Source: Sphyrna mokarran
Lineage: Eukaryota
Reading direction: 5' to 3'
DNA: 64,000 nt
Assembly (NCBI GenBank): GCA_024679065.1
Contig: JAGIQG010000031.1
Span: forward strand, 17,360,001-17,424,000
Below are positions 55,201 through 64,000 of the stretch, piece after piece (the stretch's first letter is position 1; the number at the start of each line of letters is the position of its first letter). A program made the translations under genes and the position numbers. Below the pieces are notes generated by a model. That model was not told the DNA's origin. It worked only from the letters and a program-made list of their open reading frames with translations, and ran no database searches.

Positions 55201-57788
55201 TTCTAGCCCATTGTCAAACACAATGAGGGAAATGGAAAGCAACGAAGGGGTAAGAAACAAGTGAGAATCCAGCCAGAGGGGAGAGCAGAATCTCTTCCGT
55301 GTAATCATTTCTGAGAGAGAGGAGAAGCAAAATACTGTAGATGCTGGAAAATTGAAATCAAAACAAAATGCTGAAGATACTCAGCAGATCTGGCAGCATA
55401 TGCAGAGAGAGAGGAAGTTCCTTAACCTGCAATGTGAATTATTATTTCAAGCAAATAACGTTGTCAGATGTCAGACCTGCCAAGTATTTCCAGTGTTTTC
55501 TGTTTTTATTTTTGGCTGATATTGCAATACTGAGGGAATGCTGCAAGGTCAGTAACGTTGTGCTAGGCCCACTTTCTTCTTTTCATGCATCAGATATATG
55601 TTACATCTTCTATAACATTATTTAAAGACGAATAAAGTATTTTCAGTATCTTGACCAGCACCGCTGATATATCAGAGAAACTCCCAAATCTGGCTGTGAA
55701 GAAACTGCAAACTTTTAGTGGAGGCTGTTTATTGCAGAGCTTAATTCTCAACTCTAACATGCTCATATCTGAGAGCATTGGCTGACTCCTTATATGAACA
55801 TTTGAATATAATTACCTAATGAGTGCCCAACACCCTTTAGCCGATTACTTAAACAATTCAGCATTTAACATCCATCAACAGAATCTATCAGACACAAATA
55901 TAATAAAGTTAGATAAACACGTTTGTCGTCATTTTATCTGGATCAAAGCCATTACTGTGAGTGACTATCTTACAGAAGTTATCATCTTAAAAAATAATTT
56001 GATGTGCAGCATGGGAAAAGTTTTAAGAACTGATGAGGCGTTCCTTTGTCAACCAATATTTCAGATTTCTGCTTCGCTTTCAGAATTTTGGTTAAAAGCC
56101 TTGCTTCTGCTGTGTGTACCATTACCCAAAGCTGCGTGATAACACTTGGGGCAAACATGGATACTACTTGAGGTCTTTTGGGCAAAATGGTCTGCCTCTG
56201 TACCATGGACTTGCATCTTTCAGCCACTTTACATGTTTTGTTTGTTTCTTCAATTCCTCCCAATTATGTGACTGATATTGTTAATTAACAAAGGTTTTGC
56301 TGCACAATAAGTAGCCAGAATCCTTCAGAGAACAAGAGTATTACTCTCACATGCAAATTATGGTATTGGCAAAACACTTAAACGTAGATAAATGTTCTGC
56401 AGGAGACATGTTTTAATTGCGTCTAAATATAGATTTATGCTGATGGCCGAATAAAATGACAGCCAAGGCATTTGGATCATTAGGGCTATTTTAAGGAATG
56501 CTGATGTGACTTTTTGAAACATCAAGACAAAACAAGTTTGGTTTCTTTCCTTCTGTATCTACAAAGCGTGTCAAAAATTTTCTTTTCATGTTACTTGCCT
56601 TTTCCCTCTAATTGTCGAATCCCAACATTGCAGATGGTCCATCGAACCTGCAGTTAGCCTCTGATGAGTATTTCATCCAAACCCTATCCTTGTAACCTGT
56701 GTATTTACCCCACTAATCCTTCCAATCTATACATCTTGGGACAACATTAAGTTACATTTTAGCATGGCCAGTCCATTTAACCTGCTCATCTTTGGACTGT
56801 GGGAGGAAACCCATGCAAACACGGGGAAAACATGCAAACTCCCCACAGTCACCTGAGGATGGAATCAAACCATTAGTCTGGCACACCCTGACCAAACTGT
56901 TCTTGATTTCAAAAGTAACTTTTACACACTACAGATGGTGACTAAAGTAAGTATAAATGGTGGTTAAAGATATGAAAAGGACTGGACAAAGCACTCATTC
57001 TTCAGGGAGTGAAGGACCTTTGCTTAAGCAGATTCTCTGATTGTAAGTGGCAAAGCTTGTGTGTTACTACATTGATTGTTTATGGTATGTTAAGCCTAGT
57101 GTTTGAGGAGTTTAGAGTGCAGTTCTATACGGAGCTTGCATGTTTTGTATTTCAAGGTCAGATGCTGTACAGAATAGATGAAGTTGCAATTTCTTGCTGC
57201 AACAGTAAAATTTTATTCAAACTTCAAAACTCCTTACTGTGAACTTCATTTTTACCACGGTGTCTGAAACTGAGGCCTCTCGTAATGAGATTACCAATGC
57301 TGTCAGTTTGGATGGTTTCACGTTGTGAACTTTGAACCACAAAGAGCTGGTTTGATATTGACTCATAATCTGGACCCTGATACAAAGAGAAGCCTTTGCT
57401 TAATTTGTCCTGAAGCTATTGTTGGACTCTCTTGGTGAAAAGACAATTTTCCAACTGACTTGTATTTCTCCCAACTTTTGTGATCTCTGGCTTTTCATTT
57501 GGCTGCTTAAATGTAAATGTATGGATAGTGGTTTCATCTTGCAGTTTTTAAGTTGCATATATGAGTTTGCAACTAGGCAGGAACTTGTGCATATACCATA
57601 TGTTGTTACAAACTGGGATAAATGACACATTTTCTCTACTTTTTTCAAACTTTTTGTTATTTGTTGACGGTTTCTAGAAAGTGCACGAGATGTTGAAGAA
57701 GGGTTGGGATGCTGAAGGTTCACCATTTAAAGGGCAGACGTTTGACCCATCTCTGTTTAACATTTCTCCTGGAGCAGTGCAGTTCTGA
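34014..57788 (+). CDS. NUDCD3: NudC domain-containing protein 3, 6 coding exons, 361 aa: join(34014..34211,38169..38488,43411..43534,46144..46287,52104..52292,57678..57788)
   Basis: YDQALLGILQHVG..FL.VFFGFLYRKTDFFR...GFPPG, DSYNGAVRDNYTWSQDYTDLEVKVPV, CS/p23 domain, WWNAILEGEE.IDIDKINKERSMATVDEEE, and LKKGWDAEGSPFKGQ.FDPS.FNISPGAVQF*. All introns GT-AG, phases consistent, 1086 nt. Confidence 0.96.
37356..37556 (+). mobile_element. 5'-truncated V-SINE with non-CR1 tail
   Basis: V-domain (GGGTGCTCCAGTTTCTTCCCACAGTCCAAA) followed by GTAACTTCATTGCAGTGTTAATGTAAG...GTGACACTAATAAA. The same tail occurs antisense at ~61247-61330. Confidence 0.65.
38169..38488 (+). CDS. NUDCD3: NUDCD3 exon 2 (coiled coil and acidic linker)
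   Basis: ttttcaag|AFKKFERYS...HFKLS; phase-2 donor AA|GTATGT matches exon 3. Confidence 0.88.
39832..42800 (-). mobile_element. CR1 LINE with APE endonuclease and RT remnants (most of ORF2) in NUDCD3 intron 2
   Basis: ITETWL, GHFN and SDHN (EN motifs); NYRLVSLTS, QHGF and RVVNLWNSLP (RT); 3' tail at ~39832-39930. Confidence 0.92.
43411..43534 (+). CDS. NUDCD3: NUDCD3 exon 3
   Basis: KCEENSDSYNGAVRDNYTWSQDYTDLEVKVPVSKTIVKGRQ; donor |GTAATA. Confidence 0.95.
46144..46287 (+). CDS. NUDCD3: NUDCD3 exon 4
   Basis: VSVDIQSSYLRV...KINTENSMWSLEPGCCIL; donor |GTAAGA. Confidence 0.95.
46500..46633. repeat. Inverted repeat (~53-bp arms) made of two opposed Penelope pseudo-LTR ends
   Basis: CACAGTAAGAAGTTTCACAATACCACGTTAAAGTCCAACAGGTTTATTTGGT and its near reverse complement at 46581-46632. 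The same sequence occurs at 62465-62517. Confidence 0.85.
47395..47975 (+). mobile_element. Rex1/Babar-type LINE 3' end
   Basis: FLGVQI..., LTNFYR, HPGYSL, LLSGK and NSFFPAVV motifs, plus the characteristic tail (seen antisense at ~35980-36125). Confidence 0.6.
49846..50856 (+). mobile_element. Second copy of the composite CR1 (ORF2 end, hairpin, V-domain, tail) in NUDCD3 intron 4
   Basis: Nearly identical to 32001-33005, with scattered substitutions and a 1-nt deletion near 50240. Confidence 0.92.
51050..51390 (-). mobile_element. HE1-like V-SINE
   Basis: Reverse complement gives TTAGCACTGCTGTCTCACAGCACC head, V-domain and CR1-derived tail (GATGGCCTCCTTCTG). Confidence 0.75.
52104..52292 (+). 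CDS. NUDCD3: NUDCD3 exon 5
   Basis: INLNKNGEYWWNAILEGEE...DYHQKMQGKPQSHET; donor |GTAAGA. Confidence 0.95.
53725..54090 (+). mobile_element. HE1-like V-SINE
   Basis: GTGGTTAGTACTGCTGCCTCACAGTGCTAAGGACCTGGGTTCAATTCC head followed by V-domain. Confidence 0.75.
54609..54735. mobile_element. Small MITE with ~24-bp imperfect terminal inverted repeats
   Basis: GGACTCTGATTTTATCGGCGTGGCC ... GGCCGTGCTGGTAAAATCAGGGCC. Confidence 0.6.
56630..56875 (-). mobile_element. HE1-like V-SINE
   Basis: TCTTTGGACTGTGGGAGGAAACCCATGCAAACACGGGGAAAACATGCAAACTCC is the antisense V-domain. Confidence 0.7.
57678..57788 (+). CDS. NUDCD3: NUDCD3 last coding exon
   Basis: KVHEMLKKGWDAEGSPFKGQTFDPSLFNISPGAVQF*. Confidence 0.95.
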   Translation, partial: KVHEMLKKGWDAEGSPFKGQTFDPSLFNISPGAVQF

Positions 57789-58146
57789 TTTCTCCTGCAC
57801 AGAAGACACACACCTGACCCGGACATCACCGAAGATGAGCATAAATCATGGATTGTACTCTTCTCAAGTAATGAGAGACTTTCTCTGAGCTTCATAACAA
57901 AGTCATTGCAAAGTATTGGTTGCCAAGTCTCTGTATTTATTTTGATTGATCTTTATTTGTTAATCGTTGCATATTTTGAATTTTTCTGAGACTTGATTTG
58001 TTATCTCCAGTTATTTTCAGCAATTTCTCTAAGTTTGTGATTTAGAGTGCTTTCTGATGAACAGTGAAAATAGTGTTTGATACTGTCCTTCTCCTTTGCC
58101 TGAAAGAACTGATATTTATATGCGACTCATGGTTTTGAACTTAAAC

Positions 58147-58152
58147 AATAAA
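58147..58152 (+). terminator. Candidate NUDCD3 polyadenylation signal
   Basis: First AATAAA downstream of the stop codon (~360 nt), with a GT-rich element after it. Confidence 0.5.
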
Positions 58153-60599
58153 TACATTTGTGGGTGAACACTACAGCTACCTAGTCTATCTTAATGTTAT
58201 CTGAGAGAATTGGAAGTGACAGAAATTGAGCATTTTTGTATAGGCTAGGTGGTGGTCTATTTAATTTTTGTGCTACATAATGCATCTGCAGTTAAGGCCA
58301 TTACCCAGCCTAACTGGAAAGAGAGTGTTACAAAGAATTGATCTGTTGTCTGTGAGCCAGTTTGTTTGAAGCGAAGCAGTCTCTTAAAAGCATGCTGTGA
58401 TTTCTGTGTATGATCAGCAGCTGATTTTTTTTTTAACTGAATGTGAAAATGTTAAAAACCAACATACCTAAAAAAACAAGTGAACTATTTTAAACCATTC
58501 TTAAGAATATGTCAGTTTGGAATGGATCATGCATTTTTTCAGGTTTAATTGAAATTTGGTCAAATTATTGTTTTGAATAATGGAGCAGGCTTAAGTTGCC
58601 TGCTCCTATTTCTGTTCTACAGTTGGAAAGTACAAAATAGTATAATGATTTACACGAAAATCATTCATTATAGACATTGTTTTCACCTTTTTTATCGGGT
58701 TGTTCCAATATTGATCTATCTTCATATATGCGCGTTGACCGTTCACAATTCCTTCAATTCTCTTGAGGTAAAGTGCAAAGGACGTCTGGACTCGGAATGC
58801 TTTAACGTTTTTCAAAAACAGAAGTAAGCTTGATTGGAAGGATAGAATCCATCCAAAAATGTAATTTTCAAAAAATTTTCCAACTTCTTATCTGAAACTT
58901 GTAATCAGAATGTTCATTTTGTTTCAGGATCAGTGAGAATACTCTGGACACTGATAAGGTAAGACTTCAAAGTTTAACTAGAATTAAGAGGAGCCAAATT
59001 AACCAAAGTTTGAGGGGTAGAAAGGACACAAACTGTACTACCACCTTTTTGGTGTTATATGTCAACATTGATAAAGAAAGATGATATGTTGTGCAATAAA
59101 CCGAGTTTCTGAAAAGCTCCTTGATAAGATTATACTTATTGCATACCTGATAGAATGGTTTTTCTTCTTCAGATTGAAACTGAGATACTGCCAGAAACGT
59201 ACACAAGAAATAGTCAAGACCTAGTTGAATCGGTTGGACAGACCACTGCTCAGTAGCATTCTTGATGGCATTCGAGATAGATCCCTATTTTTGATCCACA
59301 CCAAACACTTTACCATGAGGCCCCATTGTAGAGCTCCGACTTTTAAATTGACTCTGGAAATAGTTATGATGTTGTCCATGTGTGACTGAACTGACATAAT
59401 CCAATACAATTTGGTGTGATCATTCTGTTGAAAGCTTCTCAAACAGCAAAAATCAAATGCATTCAATTAGTAAATATATTTTGCTCATCAAATCTGAAAG
59501 CAATGCGCTGCCTTTGAATTGCACACCTGATATGAGATCACTTTGGACCTGACTCAACTCGCATTTTCTCACGTGAACTCTTAGATTTGAGTTCAGACTA
59601 ACTGACGTAATGCTATTGCCACTTGATGGTTCCACCTGAGCTTAGTGAGCGATGATTAAGAACCTTGGCTGTTTTTTTTTTTCCTTTTGCCCTTCTCTGT
59701 ACAGGTATTTTTGAGGCTGGGTATAGCACTGTCTTCCTCCTAGATTGAGATTAAGTTTGCGTTGACTGCAAGTTATAATTTGAATTGAACTGCTTGCAAG
59801 TTCAGCCAAGCAAGATTTGATTTAGAGTTGCAGGTTCAGTTTTCTGTTGATAAAATAAGATACCTATACGTTATATGAGTAGAACATAACTATTGTATCA
59901 ACAAAAGTTGCCTTGATCCCTCATGAACTTGCACAATATTGAGCATTGGTTAGAATACAGACTAACACAATTGCCAGGTTATGTGATTGCAGCTTAAAAA
60001 CAATTGATTTTAATGTATAACCTTGCGAAATAGATGTAATTTTTGAACAGAATGTTAAGTCACTATGCTTAGGTTTGCCCAGTGTCCTGGAAACAGCGTC
60101 AAATGCAAGCTTTTATGTGTGTGTTATAGATCAACCATTAGTAAATATGGATTCAGTTGTCTATCGTGATGGAGTATCCATAAAGCATGAAACGTTGTGA
60201 CTGGCAATTACTTGGTGAAAACCCAATTAAATCCTTCCAAGTCATAATACACTTTACTTTCATCTGAATTTTCTTCATCTATTAAATATTCAGCAGGTTC
60301 TGAATTATTGCCATGACATTATGTGAGCAGTTCACTCTTGAATGTTTGCCAGTGCCGTGTCATCGTCATTTTGTAAGGAAGTAATCCCATCAATGCACAG
60401 GATTATGTTGCTACCTGATTGAGAGTTGTAACACATGGATTTGAATGCATGATTCTCTTCATTTCTCACCTCAGCGGGAGATGACCACTGAATCATGGCA
60501 GAATCATGACAAGATGCTTTGTGTGAGTGCTTTATAAGTTCATTTGCCAATTAGACACTTGTAATCCATCAGTGGCAATCAACTTGTATTTCAGCAACA

Positions 60600-61245
60600 A
60601 TAGCTTTTAACTTAAAGCACCTTTAATGTAATTAAACATTGCAGGGCACTTAACCGAAGCATTGTGAAGTGAGGTATGACACTGAGCCACTTAAGAAGGT
60701 ATTAAGTCAGACGACCAAAGGTTTGATGGAAGAGATAGCTTAGAAGTGTCTCAAAGTGAAATTGAGAGCCAGAGGCGTAGGAAAGATATTCCAGAGCTGG
60801 GGCCTGGGCAGTTGAAGATATGGTCACTAATTGTTGAGTGATTAAAATCGGTTTTGCACAAGAGGCACAATTCAAGCAGTGCAGATATCTCTGAGGGCTG
60901 TGATGTGAGAGGAAGTTACAGAAATGGGAAGCAAAACCCTGATGGATGAAAATTTTAAAATCAAAATGCTGCTGCTTGATTGGAAGGAAATGAAGATCAG
61001 CAGGATTCTGGGTAATAGGGGAATGGGACTTGATGCAAGTTATGATATGTTCAGCACAGATTTGGATGATCTCAAGTTTACAGAGGGCAGAATGCCTGAG
61101 AGTACCAGGGTTGCACTGGAGTAGTCAAACCTAGAGGTAATAAGGGCGCAAATGAATATTTCTGCAGCAGTTGACGGGGCAAAGGTATGCAATGCTATGG
61201 AAATGCAAATAGACAAATTTGTGATGGCACAAATATGAGGTAGTA
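60600..61245 (-). mobile_element. Old L2-like LINE 3' remnant
   Basis: Antisense L2-type tail (AAAGCACCTTTAATGTA..AAACA) and GGAGTAGTCAAACCTAGAGGTAA (antisense TSRFDYS motif). Confidence 0.45.
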
Positions 61246-62429
61246 AAGTTTATTTATTTATCAGTCACAAGTAAGGCTTACATGAACATCACAATGAAGT
61301 TACTGTAAAATTCCCCTATTCACCACACTCTAGTCCTGGCACAGTCTGGAAGTCCATCTCTTGCTCAGGGAAATTCTGCAACAGAGAGATGGAGTTGGTG
61401 TTTTACAAAAACAGAAAACGGTAATGAACAATTGAGTTACTTCCCCTCCTGGTTATCATCTCTCTGGAAGTCTGAACCTGAAAATCAGGAGCTGAGATAT
61501 TTCGCATTAATGATTCTCTGGACCAATCAAAATGTCTGTGAAAGCTGCACAAATGGATTCAAGGAACAGCAACAAATTAGTTTTGAATTCCTTGATGTCT
61601 TTTCTGTATTAGTTTTACAACATGCTGAACATGGTTCCAGATGGGCATTCAGAACATTTAACACTTGACAAACCAGTTTGCCTGTTTATCCTATATTTCT
61701 ATGTAGTGATGGTGAACAAAATGGAATTACTGAAATATTAACACACATTAGAGACGCATACAAGTTAGACCAGCAAAACCCCTTTCCTTCACTTTCTAAG
61801 TTGGGAGATTGGTATCGATGTAAGCAGGATAGTGATTAACCCACCTGCATAAGCCAATTCTTTGCTCAGTTGTTAGCAAATTTGTTGTAAATTTTTCGGA
61901 AAGAGCAAATTTGAAATGAATATTTTGAACTGAATGAATTGCATACGGACCGTGAAAGGGAATTGATTTCTTGGATAAGACGTTTATTAATTTGACCCAA
62001 ATGTTGAAACTGATTGTAGCAGCTAACGCTAACTAAAGTCAGTAACAATGGATTGTTGTTTTTCTGTTTCATGTTTGTATTAATTTTATGGAATATGTCC
62101 CCAAAGGAATTTTACAATAATTGCTTGCCTCAGTTTTGTCAACACAAGCACAAGAGCAGTTGCCCAAAACAACTGATTGCCAACAGTTTTGCTATCTTTA
62201 TTTCTGATATATCAATAGTAACCAATTATGTAGCAATTTAAACTTAGCACGAGTGAAAAGTGCAACTCTGTTCTTGATTGTCTTAACCACTTGTTATCAT
62301 AAATATCCTTTTGGGCTTTTTTATATTTGGCAAAACTGGGACTGTTTCTAGAAATGTCTTGACTCTGTTCAGAGTACTGTAAGCATGCTATAAGTGAAAT
62401 GTTGCCATTTTGACCTGCTTATTTCAGAT

Positions 62430-63520
62430 CAGATGTCGAAATGCCAGTGTTGGATTGGAGTAAACACAGTAAGAAGTCTCTCAACACTAGGTTAAAGTCC
62501 AATATGTTTATTTGGTAGCAAAATCCACTAGCTTTCGGAGCGCTGCCCCTTCGTCAGGTGAGTGAGAGTTCTGTTCACAAACAGGGCATATAAAGACACA
62601 AACTCAATTTACAAAATGATAATTGGAATGCGAGTCTTTACGGGTAATCAGGTCTTTAATGTGCAAACAATGTGAGTGGAGAGAACGTTAAGCATAGGTT
62701 AAAAAATTGTGTATTGTCTCCAGACAGACAGTTAGTGAGATTTTGCAAGCCCTGGCAAGTCGTTTATGGAGGTTACAGATAGTATGACATGAACCCAAGA
62801 TCCCAGTTGAGGCCATCCTTGTGCGTGCGGAACTTAGCTACCAGTCTGTGCTCAGCGACTCCGCATTGTCGTGTATCGTGAAGGCCGTGTTGGAGAACGC
62901 TTATCTGTAGATCACATGCTGAATGCTCGTGACCGTTGAAGTATTCCCCCACAGGAAGAGAACCCTCTTGCCTGGTGATTATTGAGCAGTGTTCATTCAT
63001 CCATCTATGCGTCTGCATAGTCTCCCCAATGTACCATGCCTCGGGATATCCTTTCCTGTAGCGTATCAGGTAGATGACGGCCAAGTTGTAAGAGTACGTA
63101 CCGTGTATCTGGTGAATGGTGTTGTCGTGTGAGATGATAGCATCTGTGTCAATGCTCCAGCACATCTTACAGAGGTTGCTGTGGCAGGGTTGTGTGGTGT
63201 TGTGGTCACTGTTCTCCTGAAAGGTTTGGGTAATTTGCTGTGGATAATGGTGTGTTTGAGGTTGTCAAATTGTTTGAAAGCATGAATTGGGGATGTGGGG
63301 ATGGCCTTGGCGAGATGTTTGTCTTCATCAATGACATGTTGAAGGCTCCAGAGAAGATGTCATAGCTTTTCCGCTCTGGGGAAATACTGGACGACGGAGG
63401 TTACTTTGTCCATCGTGTTTATTTTCTGAGAAGGTTAGTATGGTTTTTCATTGTGGCGCATTGGAACTGTTGATGGATTAGTCGAATGCCATATCCTGCT
63501 CTTAAGAGGGCATCTTTCAG
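62430..63520 (-). mobile_element. Penelope-like element 3' half (GIY-YIG endonuclease and pseudo-LTR)
   Basis: ORF 62773..63165(-): VIYLIRYRKGYPEAWYIGETMQ..RWMNEH...PVGEYF...E.RLVAKFRTHKDGLN. Confidence 0.9.
62526..62560 (-). ncRNA. Minimal type I hammerhead ribozyme in Penelope pseudo-LTR
   Basis: Minus strand reads CAC-CUGACGA-A-GGGGC-AGC-GCUCC-GAAA-GCUA-GUG: CUGANGA core, stem II, GAAA, palindromic AGCU stem III, CUA cleavage triplet and CAC/GUG stem I. Confidence 0.75.
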
Positions 63521-64000
63521 TGTACTGCAAGCCCATGGATAACCTTGCGGTGCTCCACTTCTTACCTTCCACTCTAAACATTAAACATTCCCTACAGACA
63601 AACCCTTTGTGTACACAGGATTTGCTCAGATGAGGAGGATCATAACAGACATCTCCAGACATTGAAGGATGCCCTCATAAGAACAAGATATGGCGCTCAA
63701 TTCATTAATCAACAATTCCGATGCGCCACAGTGAAAAATCGCACCAACCTCCTCCAAAGTCAAACATGGAACAAGGTGGACAGAGAACCCTTCGACGTCC
63801 AGTACTTCCCCAGAGCAGAGAAACTATGACGTTTTCTCTGGAGTCTTCAACATGTCATTGATGAAGATGAACATCTTGTCAAAGTCATCCCTACAGTGCA
63901 CTTATTGCACAACCTCAAATAGACTGTCTGCAGCAAACTATCCAGCCTTCCGGAGAATAGTGACCACGACACCACACAATCCTGCCGTGGCAACCTCTGC
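63505..64000 (+). mobile_element. Inverted second Penelope segment (RT thumb region), continuing beyond the window
   Basis: GHLSVYCKPMDNLAVLHF (cf. YRKPTD). 63660-64000 is the reverse complement of 63166-63520. Confidence 0.85.

Overview
Eukaryotic, repeat-rich genomic DNA. The repeat complement (HE1-type V-SINEs, DeuSINE-type SINEs, CR1 LINEs, Penelope elements) points to a cartilaginous fish. The window holds two intact multi-exon genes in tandem on the + strand, both assembled by hand with canonical GT-AG junctions and matching phases. (1) DNA polymerase mu (POLM): 11 coding exons, 2732-21593, 521 aa. It has a Pol mu-type SD2 motif (NSH), but a TdT-like Loop1/SD1 (DHFAKCL) and an expanded palm loop. 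(2) NUDCD3: 6 coding exons, 34014-57788, 361 aa. The rest is mostly transposon debris: CR1, L2-like, Rex1/Babar and Tx1-like LINEs, a decayed Gypsy element, solo LTRs, MITEs, SINEs, and Penelope elements, one with a recognisable minimal hammerhead ribozyme. The most unusual feature is a young CR1 family present in two near-identical copies (31.5-33.0 kb and 49.8-50.9 kb). Its 3' UTR carries an AG|GT splice-site-like motif, a long hairpin and a V-SINE central domain ahead of the normal CR1 tail. Repeat family names and boundaries come from pattern recognition, not database searches, so they are approximate.
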